DNA from: an uncultured Gammaproteobacteria bacterium
Lineage (GTDB): Bacteria > Pseudomonadota > Gammaproteobacteria > Berkiellales > Berkiellaceae
Assembly (NCBI GenBank): GCA_963803015.1
Contig: CAWDKV010000011.1
Location: 675,021 to 739,020, forward strand
Direction: 5' to 3'
Length of the DNA: 64,000 nucleotides
Numbering within the stretch: position 1 is the first letter of the stretch; every line of letters begins with the position of its first letter. A program made the translations under genes and the position numbers. Under the pieces are notes generated by a model. It was not told the origin of the DNA. It did no database searches and was given only the letters and a program-made list of their open reading frames with translations. Positions 37,990 through 48,386 of this stretch are shown one piece after another.

Positions 37990-39402
37990 TTATTCTGCTG
38001 TATGCGTACCTAGTGGAGCATGCCAATGTGGTTTTTTCCATTTCATCAGTATAAACGGCGGCAGACAAAGTAATAGAAAGCCTCCTATTAAATAACCTTC
38101 ATAAAAGAACACGTGTCCGGTATCCAATTGCGCTGGGGGAATTAAACATACCACAAAACCAAAGGCACTCGTGATTAAACCGATTCCGGCAACCAACCAT
38201 ATTCCCCACTTGCCCCCTGCAATTTGATAAGTTCGCTTCACATCGGGTTGGGTATAGCGCAGCGTGATAGCAGCTGCAAAAATAAGCACATACATTATCA
38301 TGGCAAATTGAATGGTCAATGCGGTGATAATCCAAAAGGCACTATTGACATTAGGCATAAAGAAAAAGACCAAAGATAAAAGTGAACCAATGATGGCTTG
38401 AAATAGCATCGTGCCAATAGGCATGCCAGCCTTATTCACTTTTTGCAAGACCGGTGGTAAAAAGCCATCTTCCGCTGAGGTTAAAATTCCCTTAGCGGGA
38501 CCAATAATCCAAGTATTCACACCCGCTAGCGATCCAATCACAGCAAAAGCAGCCAAAATGGGAACCATCCAGTTCATATTAAAAGCAGAAAAAAACTCGT
38601 TAAACGCCTGCATGAGGCCTGCAAATAAAGTGACTTCATGATGAGACACCACAAATGCAATAGAAAGTGATCCCAAAATCGAAATCAAAATAATGATGAC
38701 AGAAGAGAGTAAAATAGCACGGGGATAACTTCTTTGAGGCGAGATAGCATCACCGGCGTGATAAGCAGACATCTCCATTCCAGCAAAGGCGAGTAAAACG
38801 CCTGCAAAAAAAACCATGTTCTTGATTTTAAAATCGGGTAAAAGAGAAGCCCAACTCATATCAATTTTCAAAGGCTTGTCTAAATAGAACCAAAATAACC
38901 CTAAGCCTATGATAAGCATGCCAGGCAAAATTGTGCCTAACAAAACACCTATAGTACTTACCCAACCTGAGGTTTTCATATTAAAGAAATTGATAAAAGT
39001 CGCGCCCCAAAAAAGAGTTAGCATGGTGCTGACAATAAACCAAGGGTTGTGCATTAATTTTGGTTCAAAAATATAGGCAATGGCCGCACTGGTAAAAGTA
39101 AGCACGGTGGGAAACCAAGAAATACTAAGCATCCAAGATACCCAAATGGCAAAAAAACCACAATTTTTGCCAAAGGCTTCACTCACCCAACGATAAACCC
39201 CTCCCTCTTTAGGCCAACCTGTTGCCAATTCTGCGCAAACTAAAGCGGTGGGAATAAAAAAGGAGAGCGCGGCTAAAATGTAATAAAAAATAGCAGAAAA
39301 TCCATATTCAACCATGATAGAGAGATTACGTAAGCTAACTATCGCAGCCACGTTAATCATCGCTAACATAAAAACACCTAATACACGTTGCTTAGGAAGC
39401 AT
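37990..39402 (-). CDS. APC-superfamily amino-acid permease (glutamate/GABA-antiporter-like)
   Basis: 470 aa with about 12 predicted TM helices. ELATGWPKEGGVYRWVSEAFG is typical of APC transporters. Confidence 0.75.
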   Translation of the reverse strand: MLPKQRVLGVFMLAMINVAAIVSLRNLSIMVEYGFSAIFYYILAALSFFIPTALVCAELATGWPKEGGVYRWVSEAFGKNCGFFAIWVSWMLSISWFPTVLTFTSAAIAYIFEPKLMHNPWFIVSTMLTLFWGATFINFFNMKTSGWVSTIGVLLGTILPGMLIIGLGLFWFYLDKPLKIDMSWASLLPDFKIKNMVFFAGVLLAFAGMEMSAYHAGDAISPQRSYPRAILLSSVIIILISILGSLSIAFVVSHHEVTLFAGLMQAFNEFFSAFNMNWMVPILAAFAVIGSLAGVNTWIIGPAKGILTSAEDGFLPPVLQKVNKAGMPIGTMLFQAIIGSLLSLVFFFMPNVNSAFWIITALTIQFAMIMYVLIFAAAITLRYTQPDVKRTYQIAGGKWGIWLVAGIGLITSAFGFVVCLIPPAQLDTGHVFFYEGYLIGGFLLLCLPPFILMKWKKPHWHAPLGTHTAE

Positions 39403-39410
39403 TTTATCTC

Positions 39411-40319
39411 CTACACATTCGAATTTTCATTGGCAACACCAAATGGCACATGACCTGATGTGACAGCTCGGCTGGCTTTTTCACAGTGACCTTTTTGATC
39501 ATCAAAGAAGATATCGGCTTTAAAAGCAGTTAAAAATTCTACTTTCTCCAACCCTCCTAAAAATAATGACTCATCGACTCTAATGCCCCAAGAGCGAAAA
39601 GTATGAATCACTCTTTCATGCGCAGGTGCAGATCGCGCAGTCACTAACGCCGTTCGAATAGGAATAGGCAAATCCTCTCTTTGTTGTAGAGCATGTAGTG
39701 CTGATAAAAACCCTTTAAAAGGCCCTTCAGCCAAGGGGACGCCTGCTGCCTTCTTTTCAGACTCATTAAATTCCTGTAACCCTTTACTTTTAAAAACTTT
39801 CTCAGCTTCATCTGAAAATAATACCGCATCGCCATCAAAAGCGATATTGAGAGAATCAGAGTTATGGCATGCCTTTCCAGGCCAAATCGCCGCTGCTGCA
39901 CAACCCGTTGTCAAGGCTTGACGAACATCTTCAGGATTGAGCGAAAGATATAAATCTGATCCAAAGGCTTTGGCATAGCCATAAGGGCTCTTACCACCGG
40001 CAAAAGCTGCTCGGGTAACATTTAAACCATAATGCCGGATAGAATGAAACACGCGCAACCCTGTGTCTGCAGTGTTTCTGGATAAAAGAAGAATTTCAAC
40101 AAGCGCCTCTTTCTCATTTCTTCCTTCATTTAATTTTAAAAATTTTTTGACTAGGCCAAATGCTGCCCCGGGCTCTAAAATCTCTTGCTCTCTTTCAAGC
40201 TGATAAGCACGGTAGGCTGCTAATCCTTCATTTTCAAATACGGCGTTACTTTCATCTAAATTGAACAAAGCTCTCGATGAAATCGCAACAACTAATTTAT
40301 TATTGAAAGGTTTTATCAT
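39411..40319 (-). CDS. HAD-type 5'-nucleotidase (cN-IA-like family)
   Basis: 302 aa. LVVAISSRALFNLDES and IAFDGDAVLFSDE (DxDxV-like) are present. The family assignment is from memory of the PF06189-type family. The start overlaps the addA-like stop by 4 nt. Confidence 0.55.
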   Translation of the reverse strand: MIKPFNNKLVVAISSRALFNLDESNAVFENEGLAAYRAYQLEREQEILEPGAAFGLVKKFLKLNEGRNEKEALVEILLLSRNTADTGLRVFHSIRHYGLNVTRAAFAGGKSPYGYAKAFGSDLYLSLNPEDVRQALTTGCAAAAIWPGKACHNSDSLNIAFDGDAVLFSDEAEKVFKSKGLQEFNESEKKAAGVPLAEGPFKGFLSALHALQQREDLPIPIRTALVTARSAPAHERVIHTFRSWGIRVDESLFLGGLEKVEFLTAFKADIFFDDQKGHCEKASRAVTSGHVPFGVANENSNV

Positions 40320-43300
40320 TCATCCTCCACAAAGCTCACTTCTTTCCATGTTTTAATCAAAGGAAAATATAAGCCACACTTCACTATTCTATCTTCATAT
40401 GCCCTCAAAGCCTGATAATATTTTTTTAATTGTGGCTTATACTTTTCGACTTCACGTTCAAGTTCTTCTTGCGTTGTATCTGAAGATAAGGACAATTTAT
40501 AGTCGACAATCCAACGTACGTTATTGGTATCAACGAAAGTATAATCTATAACACACTGCTGTGTCCCCTGTGGATGCTTAATACAAAGTGCCCATTCTCT
40601 TTGTTTATCCAGGTGGGAGGGAGAGCTTAACCAGCGGCAAATGGGATCAGAGATAACATTATTAAGGCCAGATAGGACTTGAGAGTACGCTCCCTCCAAT
40701 CTCTTTCCTGCTAACCCTAAACGTTTTAAAGCAATCTTACAGCTAGTTTTCATCTCATTATTTAGTTCCGGCTCACCAGATTGACTCATGATATGCTGCA
40801 TCAAGCGATGAAAAACAATTCCTGCTGCACGGTTTTGGGTTTCTTCTACTTGAGGAATATTCTGTGGCATTAAAACTTGCTCTTCAAGATGACTCATCAG
40901 CACTTTTTGCACCAATGGGGGCGCCTCCCAGTGACTTTTTAATCTTACTAGATTACCATTTAATTTCTCAGACTTTGGCATTGCCCTCACATTATCATCC
41001 GTTTTGCTTAGCATTTTCGCTAGCACGCTCTCTTGGATCTGAGGCCAAAGCAAAGAGAGAAAACTCCCCGAAGGCGGCGGTTTTACTTTCTCTTCTTTGT
41101 CTTGCTCTAGCGTTAGCATTAAATGTAAGGCTTTTTTAGCGCGAGTTGTTCCAACGTAGAGTAGCCTGGCACATTCATGTTTATCTTTTTGTTGAAGTTG
41201 CTCTGCAACATACAGATACAAACCATCTTTCTCTGCTTTTTGCGCCCGCCTTGGTGCCACCAACAAATCTATCCCGTCATGATGATGTTTTTCTAACCAC
41301 AATAATAATGCCTCATCCCTATTACGGGCTCTTTTGTGCAAATAAGGCATAATAACACAATCAAATTCCAAGCCTTTCGCTTTATGAATAGTCATCAGCT
41401 CAAGCTGAAACCCTGTATTTTCATTATCTAAAATAGTGATATCACTTAGTTTATCAAAGAGTTTTTCTTCCAGGGCTTCAATGTCTAAAGTACCATCCAT
41501 TGAGAGAGAGGTATCGATTAAATCCAAGACTCTATCAATATCCTTAATATCAAAATTTTCTGCATAGGCAGCAGGTCCTCCTAGAGCAATCCATAATCCA
41601 CGAAGCCAGTGACTCAATTTTTGCCTTTTTTGATGCTTAAGCCAATATTGCAAGAGTGGCACAGCTCTCGCTAATCGCTGTTGTGCATTTTGACTCAAAA
41701 GAAGCCAAGTTTTCTCTTCTTCTAGTATCTGCCAAAGGATCCTCTTATTATTTTGTTCGGCAAGTATACTGAGATCAGCCAGCCCTAAGCCTAACCAAGG
41801 CGCACGCAATACAGCAAACCATGCAATGCTGTCGCTTAAATTTTGAGTGGCTCTAAGCAGGGATAGTAAATCGACAACATGACTTCTTTGTGCCAACTGT
41901 TCCACTTCATGCGCCACAAAAGGAACTTTTTCTTGCTTTAATAATTGAATCAGAGGGAACAAGTGCCTTTTACTACGTGCTAAAATAGCAACAGATTGCA
42001 TGCCTTTATTTTTACAGTCTTGAATAATTTCAAGGATCTCTTTCTCTGTCATATCCTGTTCAAAAAGATGAGGGTGCAAATATATCATTTCATCATGTGG
42101 AGAATTTAAAATCTCTGGGGTGGTAGCGACGCTATAGGAAATAGCGCCTGTAGCCACGTCCTCTTCTTTAGGAAAGATATTCGTAAAATGTTGATTGATC
42201 CAATCGACAATGGGAGAAAGTGATCGAAAATTGACTGACAGTTTAAGTGGCGTCAGCATAATATTAGCCAGTCCTTGCCGTTGTGTGTGCAAAAACAAAC
42301 TCACCTCAGCACCACGAAAACGATAAATAGATTGCATCGGATCGCCAACTAAAAATAAGGTTTTACCTTCTCCTGGTTGCCAGCCTTGGATCATTTTTTC
42401 AAATAGTCGATATTGTGTGACCGATGTATCTTGATATTCATCAATCAAAAGATGACGCAATTGATTGTCTAATTTTAATGCCAGTTCAGATGGCGCTAAT
42501 TCATCGCCCAAAGCGGTCAGCGCACTAAGGGAGACTTCTATAAAATCAACCTTTGCCTTTTGTTGAAATACTAACTGCAAATGCGCCACTAAAACAGGTA
42601 AAATTTTACCAATAGCCAGTAGGATGGTTATCTGTTGTGACGATAAAGGGTAATGCGGCAAATTTCTGAGTTGTCGCAAATCTTTAAGTAAACTCTCCTG
42701 CTTTTCATAAGCTTCAACCAGATTTAATATACCCTCTTTTTGTCTTTTTCTCTCTTCTTTTTGTCCTTTGTCTTTAGATTCTGATGGACTCGGAAAACCT
42801 ATATTTACTGTAAAAGATTTACGCCATGTATTTTGTTGCGTCAGCAGTAAACTACAGATCCCTTCCCATATTGGCAGCCCCTCGGGTGAAGTTTCTGGCA
42901 GTTCGGTCAGATTGTGGCACGTGGTAATAGGACTGACGATACCCGCTTCCTGGCAAGCGAGAGCTGCCTGCCTCAAATGGCTCAAAAGCGCAGATTTATG
43001 TTCAAGGTTTTGATTAAAGTGGCACTGTAGTGAAGATAAATGATCTACAATAACCCGTAAAATAGCATTATTTAAATAATCACTTAATAAGGTTTTATTT
43101 TTTTGTATTTGCCCGATATAAGGCAACCATTGATCACGAGAGGCAAGCAGCGTTAACAACAAATTAAAAAGGGAGGATACATTATTATCTAAATGATATA
43201 AGAGATCTTGTAAGCTCTTACTCCAGGGATCCGCTTTAGTCGTCTCTTTTAATAATGCCGTGATGGCTTCTTGATAATCTCTGGATGGATCGTCAGTTAT

Positions 43301-43726
43301 CTCAGGCATCATTCCCATTTGCGATAAAATAGGTGACTGATTGACGATTAAACTACAAAGCGCATCAATGGTGAAGATACGTAACCGATTAGGGTTTTGT
43401 AATAAATGCCAATGCAACGCTTGGTCACGAACTAATACCGCGCGTGCCAACTCCCAAGTTGTTCTTTCGTGTGAGGCAATGGGGGGCTCATTTTCCTCTT
43501 TTGCTTTTTTTAAAGAGGCTAAAATCCGATGCCGCATCTCTCCTGCTGCTTTTCGAGTAAAGGTTACTGCTAAAATCTCTTCAGGTGCTTTCTGAGCCAA
43601 GGATAGCAATTTTAAAAATCGTTGCGTTAATAATTCAGTTTTTCCTGATCCAGCCGGTGCCTGTACAATAAAGGAACAATGGGGATCTAAAGCAGCCTGG
43701 CGTTCATCAGCATCAGCTATTATCAT
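40316..43726 (-). CDS. UvrD/Rep-type helicase with a C-terminal PD-(D/E)XK nuclease (AddA-like subunit)
   Basis: 1136 aa. Walker A APAGSGKTE, the helicase motifs LLIDEYQDTS and VGDPMQSIYRFRGA, and the C-terminal nuclease motif RWIVDYKLS are present. Confidence 0.85.
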   Translation of the reverse strand: MIIADADERQAALDPHCSFIVQAPAGSGKTELLTQRFLKLLSLAQKAPEEILAVTFTRKAAGEMRHRILASLKKAKEENEPPIASHERTTWELARAVLVRDQALHWHLLQNPNRLRIFTIDALCSLIVNQSPILSQMGMMPEITDDPSRDYQEAITALLKETTKADPWSKSLQDLLYHLDNNVSSLFNLLLTLLASRDQWLPYIGQIQKNKTLLSDYLNNAILRVIVDHLSSLQCHFNQNLEHKSALLSHLRQAALACQEAGIVSPITTCHNLTELPETSPEGLPIWEGICSLLLTQQNTWRKSFTVNIGFPSPSESKDKGQKEERKRQKEGILNLVEAYEKQESLLKDLRQLRNLPHYPLSSQQITILLAIGKILPVLVAHLQLVFQQKAKVDFIEVSLSALTALGDELAPSELALKLDNQLRHLLIDEYQDTSVTQYRLFEKMIQGWQPGEGKTLFLVGDPMQSIYRFRGAEVSLFLHTQRQGLANIMLTPLKLSVNFRSLSPIVDWINQHFTNIFPKEEDVATGAISYSVATTPEILNSPHDEMIYLHPHLFEQDMTEKEILEIIQDCKNKGMQSVAILARSKRHLFPLIQLLKQEKVPFVAHEVEQLAQRSHVVDLLSLLRATQNLSDSIAWFAVLRAPWLGLGLADLSILAEQNNKRILWQILEEEKTWLLLSQNAQQRLARAVPLLQYWLKHQKRQKLSHWLRGLWIALGGPAAYAENFDIKDIDRVLDLIDTSLSMDGTLDIEALEEKLFDKLSDITILDNENTGFQLELMTIHKAKGLEFDCVIMPYLHKRARNRDEALLLWLEKHHHDGIDLLVAPRRAQKAEKDGLYLYVAEQLQQKDKHECARLLYVGTTRAKKALHLMLTLEQDKEEKVKPPPSGSFLSLLWPQIQESVLAKMLSKTDDNVRAMPKSEKLNGNLVRLKSHWEAPPLVQKVLMSHLEEQVLMPQNIPQVEETQNRAAGIVFHRLMQHIMSQSGEPELNNEMKTSCKIALKRLGLAGKRLEGAYSQVLSGLNNVISDPICRWLSSPSHLDKQREWALCIKHPQGTQQCVIDYTFVDTNNVRWIVDYKLSLSSDTTQEELEREVEKYKPQLKKYYQALRAYEDRIVKCGLYFPLIKTWKEVSFVEDE

Positions 43727-46353
43727 TCTTTTCTCTCATTTACTCGGCAAAGCGATTGATAGTCGCAATATTGACAAGTATTTGGACCTTCAAGAGGAGA
43801 CACTCTCGCGTCACCTTGTACAAATTTTTCTACTAAAGTCCAAAGCTGAGATTGCCAATACCCTCTTAAATCCTGCCATGTCAATTCTCCTCGCATCGGC
43901 TCGACTCCAGGGAGGCCAAGCTCGACTTCACTTATTCCTTCAAATTGACACCCTTTGGATTGCAATTTAATCGCCATGAGCGCAGAAGGTCTGTCCTCAA
44001 CTGAAGCCAGATAATAGAGGGGCAATTGCGGTGCGCGGGGTCTTTCCCCCCACATATCCTCCAATGAAAATTGACCTGTTTTATAATCTATTAGTATTAA
44101 TTGATTTTCTATCGTTTGATCAATTCTATCAAAACGTAAATGAAAATCGATGCCCGCTAAATGAACATGCGCTTTCGCTTCCGTTTTGAGCACACGAAAA
44201 AAGGGACGCGTGCGCTCAACGTCTAGATAAAGTGCAATCATATCAAAAAGTGTTCTTTTTTCAGCTTCAAAATAAATTTCAGACGCTTCTTTATGCATAA
44301 AAGGCCTGAGATTTAAGGCAATCAGCAGCTTGAGCTTGTCTTCGATAATTTCGGGAGAAGCGGCTTTGAGTGTGTTTTGATTTTCATATTCTTGCCAAAA
44401 AGTATCCAAAATACGATGGAGTAGCACACCCCTGTCTTTTGGTTGTAACCACAATGCAGGCCAACTCTCTTGTTTTGCATTCAATCTTAATGCTGCAAAA
44501 GCTTTAAATGGGCAAGCTGCCATGTAAGCTAAGCTTGTTGCATTCCCTTTGATCGATTGCAGATTGTGATGATTCGGTGCGCTATCATCTTGCAAGATTT
44601 CTAAATTGTCTTCTTGTAAAAAGAAGCTCTCACAACGGTGCACGCTCTGATCATTTGCGTCTTCCAAAATGTCATAAGAACTTGGCGTCAAATTAATTAA
44701 CTCACTGGGTTCTAAATCACTTCCCTTGTCTTTTTGCGGGTAACTGAAAATAACTTCTGCGGCTGCGCTTTTTAATCTTTGCGTGACTTTTAAACAATAA
44801 TCATATTCCCTTTGCGGGCTAGCATGGGGAATAAAATGCGCTTGTTGCAAAGATAATGGGATAAAAGGGTTAGATTTTGTAACGCCTGGCCAAGCTTCAT
44901 TGTGTAATCCTGTCACCCACAGATGAGAAAATTGCTGACCTGCTGCTTCTAAAATACCCAATATTTGAATGGGTGCTTTTTTGTTTTCTGCTTGAAAAGG
45001 CGTATTGTTAGCTAATGTTTGCCACAAGGCTAATACTTTTGCGTAATTAGGTTTGTCGATGATTTCTTCAAAATAGCTGAGCTCTTGTAATAAAGTAATC
45101 CCGCGCTTCACCACTTGGTGTTCAATGCTATTTAAAGGCCGCTCTCCTGGCCATCCTATACATTGCAAGAGTGCTAAAAAATTTTCTGCCAACGCACTAA
45201 CACTTTTTTTAGAGGAATCATTCTCTTGTAAGTGTTTAATTTTAGTTAAAATCCCAATCCATTGCTTCAAAGCATCTTGATTGTCTGTCTTTTCCAACGC
45301 TCTCAAACACTCATTCAGGGTTATTTTTTCTTTTAACAGTGTTTTTAAATAAGTTACATGCTGGTTTCGTTTATATTTTTCGTCTTCAAAGCCTGCAGCA
45401 AAACAAGAATTCAAGGCCGTCGCATAGTCTTTGATGCTAAATTCTGGCAATCCACATTTCAAAAAAGCACCTAAAGCCTGAATAATAGGATAATTTGCTA
45501 AAGGTTGTGCTGCTGAAATATTAAAATAAGGATTTATTTCTGGAGAAGGAGAGCATATCAATAAAGGATCAAATGTTTGTGCAAACACTTTTTCTATCAT
45601 TTCGCGGGTATGTATAAGCTCAGGAACCACTATTGCTATCTGTTGATCACCTGCTAAAAATCGTTTTTTTGCCCAGCTTGCAGCAGCTTGGTACTCAGTC
45701 ATTTGATCGGGAAAACCAAAACAATATTGCTGATTTTTGTCGTTTACGCTTGACGAATCACGTGACAAAATAGACCAGCCTGCTTGCGCTAACGACTCAA
45801 AAAAATAAACATAGACAGGGGCTAAATCTTCAAAGCCATAAAGGATAACGGTTTTCTTTTCACCTTCCATTAACAATGGTAACAACGATTTAGCACATTG
45901 CGCATTATCCAAGAATTCATTTTCATCTAACCAATCTTGGTAGGTTTTCGCCCAGATGAGAAAAGTTTCTTCCTCTTTATTCTCTGGTGTAAACCACTTC
46001 TCTTCTAACATAAGCCAATGATGAAGAAGCTCCCAAGCTTGGTAAGCCATTTTGGCAGTCGACCCTATTTGTAACAATTTTTCTTGGCAAGCTGCGCTGA
46101 TTATTTCTTCGAAACGACATAAAGATTGCTGACGATTGAGGAGTTGCTGTGTGATTTTTCCACTACTTTCATTTTGTTCCCATAAAGCTAAACACCAATC
46201 TTCCAAAGAAAAAACAAGGGGCGAAAGCCAAGCCGCACTTTCAGACGCGCGTATTTGGTTAAATTCTTGGTTAATTCTGAGCGCTAATCTGCGCGTTGGC
46301 GTGAGAAGCGTCGCACCTAATGAAAGATAATTAACTAATTCTTTGCTTAACAT
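43723..46353 (-). CDS. PD-(D/E)XK nuclease subunit with a C-terminal Cys cluster (AddB-like)
   Basis: 876 aa. LILIDYKTGQF and the terminal CQYCDYQSLCR are present. It overlaps the addA-like start by 4 nt (ATGA). Confidence 0.75.
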   Translation of the reverse strand: MLSKELVNYLSLGATLLTPTRRLALRINQEFNQIRASESAAWLSPLVFSLEDWCLALWEQNESSGKITQQLLNRQQSLCRFEEIISAACQEKLLQIGSTAKMAYQAWELLHHWLMLEEKWFTPENKEEETFLIWAKTYQDWLDENEFLDNAQCAKSLLPLLMEGEKKTVILYGFEDLAPVYVYFFESLAQAGWSILSRDSSSVNDKNQQYCFGFPDQMTEYQAAASWAKKRFLAGDQQIAIVVPELIHTREMIEKVFAQTFDPLLICSPSPEINPYFNISAAQPLANYPIIQALGAFLKCGLPEFSIKDYATALNSCFAAGFEDEKYKRNQHVTYLKTLLKEKITLNECLRALEKTDNQDALKQWIGILTKIKHLQENDSSKKSVSALAENFLALLQCIGWPGERPLNSIEHQVVKRGITLLQELSYFEEIIDKPNYAKVLALWQTLANNTPFQAENKKAPIQILGILEAAGQQFSHLWVTGLHNEAWPGVTKSNPFIPLSLQQAHFIPHASPQREYDYCLKVTQRLKSAAAEVIFSYPQKDKGSDLEPSELINLTPSSYDILEDANDQSVHRCESFFLQEDNLEILQDDSAPNHHNLQSIKGNATSLAYMAACPFKAFAALRLNAKQESWPALWLQPKDRGVLLHRILDTFWQEYENQNTLKAASPEIIEDKLKLLIALNLRPFMHKEASEIYFEAEKRTLFDMIALYLDVERTRPFFRVLKTEAKAHVHLAGIDFHLRFDRIDQTIENQLILIDYKTGQFSLEDMWGERPRAPQLPLYYLASVEDRPSALMAIKLQSKGCQFEGISEVELGLPGVEPMRGELTWQDLRGYWQSQLWTLVEKFVQGDARVSPLEGPNTCQYCDYQSLCRVNERKE

Positions 46354-46427
46354 ACTAATAATATAATGGCTTTGTGATTAACTTGGGCTTTAGGTACTAT
46401 ACTCTTTTTTAGTCTCAACCTAACAGA

Positions 46428-47219
46428 GTGAGTAGTATGAAACCTGAAGGATTCTCTCCAAATCGACCTCTTTCTGGGATCATTGGTCATCGCGGTGTTG
46501 CTTCCCTTGCTCCAGAGAATACGCTGGCAAGCTTCAAACTCGCTGCTGAATTAGGATTAGACTGGATTGAATTCGATCTCCGCCTGATCAAAGATGGCAA
46601 TTTAGTTATTTTTCATGATGATAATCTTGTTCGCACAACGAATGGCCGCGGCGAAATTATCGAGTCTACTTTTAAGGAATTAGAGCTTCTCGATGCCGGC
46701 TCTTGGTTTCATCCTCGTTTCGCCAATGAGCAGATCCCTCTTTTTGTAGATGTACTACCTCAGTTAATAAACTTAGAACTTAACCTGAATATTGAGCTCA
46801 AAATTCCAGCAAACGCACAAGCGGCTCATATTAGTACTTTTGCTGAAACTTTTTGCAAGATCTTGCGCTTACACTGGCCAAGAAGAGTTTCTTTACCTTT
46901 GGTTTCAAGCTTCAACTGGCCATTACTCAACCTCATTAATGCAGAGTTACCTGATCTGCCGCTGGGCTTTTTGAACACGCATTGCACGCGAGAAATCATT
47001 GAACAGTTGCAACCTAAGTCTAATGTCTCTTTTCATAGCCACTTTGAGAATTTTAATGAGCAAAGTATTGCGCTTTTAAAACACCATGAAATCCCTTTTC
47101 TTGCCTATACAGTAAACGATCCCCTCGAAGCTAAAAGACTACTAGATGCTGGGGCTTTTGCGATATTTTCTGATAACCCGCCTGAAATTATTAAGCACCT
47201 AACTAAAAATAATGAATAA
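46428..47219 (+). CDS. ugpQ: Glycerophosphodiester phosphodiesterase
   Basis: IGHRGVASLAPENTLASFKLAAELGLDWIEFDLRL is the GDPD signature. The start is GTG 46428 or ATG 46437. Confidence 0.88.
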   Translation: MSSMKPEGFSPNRPLSGIIGHRGVASLAPENTLASFKLAAELGLDWIEFDLRLIKDGNLVIFHDDNLVRTTNGRGEIIESTFKELELLDAGSWFHPRFANEQIPLFVDVLPQLINLELNLNIELKIPANAQAAHISTFAETFCKILRLHWPRRVSLPLVSSFNWPLLNLINAELPDLPLGFLNTHCTREIIEQLQPKSNVSFHSHFENFNEQSIALLKHHEIPFLAYTVNDPLEAKRLLDAGAFAIFSDNPPEIIKHLTKNNE

Positions 47220-47224
47220 AGCAC

Positions 47225-47246
47225 CTTCTCCTCAAGGGGAGAAGGA
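47225..47246. repeat. CT/GA hairpin element (CCTTCTCC tcaagg GGAGAAGG) just after ugpQ
   Basis: It has a perfect 8-bp stem with the same stem core as the element at 13460..13480. It could act as a ugpQ terminator, but no U-tract follows. Confidence 0.5.
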
Positions 47247-47351
47247 AGGTCCTCTGTTTAAATAAGCAGATGGCCGAGTAGTTTAACTCAGTACCCACTC
47301 CCATTCTCCTATGTTATTATCGTAACCTATTATATTTCGTGGCTTTAGCTT

Positions 47352-48386
47352 ATGATTTCTATTAAGAATGTAGGTAAACAATTTCAGCACAAGGGACAAA
47401 CGATAACCGCACTGAAAGATATAAACTTAGATGTCAAACCAAGAGAAATATTTGGCATTATTGGTAGAAGTGGTGCTGGAAAAAGTACGTTAATCCGTTG
47501 CGTCAACCATCTAGAGAGTCCAACCTCGGGTGCCGTCTATATTGCCGGAAAATGTATCACGACGATGAACCCCTCTCAATTGCGCTTAGCCAGACGTAAA
47601 ATGGGAATGATTTTTCAACATTTTAATCTTTTACAATCCCGAAATGTTTTCGACAATATCGCACTCCCTTTAGAATTAGATGGTCTCTCTAAGTCTCAAA
47701 TAAAGGCTCGCGTTGACGAATTGCTGGCTTTAACCGAATTAGAAAATCACGTGAAGCAATTCCCTAGTCAATTAAGTGGTGGCCAAAAACAACGGGTTGC
47801 GATTGCAAGAGCCCTGGCGAACTCTCCTGATTTATTACTTTCTGATGAAGCAACTTCAGCACTCGATCCAAGCTCAACCCATCGCATATTAGAATTATTG
47901 CGTACGATAAATCACGAGCTTGGGATCACCATATTACTAATTACACATGAGATGGATGTCGTTAAAACTATTTGTCATCGCGTAGCAGTTATCTCTCAAG
48001 GCGAAATTGTAGAGCAAAGTCCTGTGATAGCGCTTTTTACCAATCCGAAAACAGCTGTGGCCAAAATGTTAGTCAATGCTGCATCTAGAATGGAGATCCC
48101 ACGAGTTTTTAAAGAAAAATTACAACCCTCTCCCGGCAAAAGCTCTGGCATGATAGTTCGAATTGCCTATGTTGGCGATGCCACTTCTAAGCCGATTATT
48201 GGCTATTTAATTCAAGCTTATGGTGTCACCATCAATATTTTGCAAGGCAATATTGAAACGATTCAAGATCAAATCGTTGGAACCATGATTGTCGAAATGC
48301 GTGGCAATGAAGATAGTATTTTAAAAAGTATGCAATTTCTAGAAAAAAATGAATTACACGTTGAGATTTTAGGTTATGTGGAATGA
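47352..48386 (+). CDS. metN: Methionine ABC transporter ATP-binding protein
   Basis: 344 aa. Walker A GRSGAGKST, the signature LSGGQKQRVAIARAL and a C-terminal NIL domain are present. Confidence 0.92.
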   Translation: MISIKNVGKQFQHKGQTITALKDINLDVKPREIFGIIGRSGAGKSTLIRCVNHLESPTSGAVYIAGKCITTMNPSQLRLARRKMGMIFQHFNLLQSRNVFDNIALPLELDGLSKSQIKARVDELLALTELENHVKQFPSQLSGGQKQRVAIARALANSPDLLLSDEATSALDPSSTHRILELLRTINHELGITILLITHEMDVVKTICHRVAVISQGEIVEQSPVIALFTNPKTAVAKMLVNAASRMEIPRVFKEKLQPSPGKSSGMIVRIAYVGDATSKPIIGYLIQAYGVTINILQGNIETIQDQIVGTMIVEMRGNEDSILKSMQFLEKNELHVEILGYVE

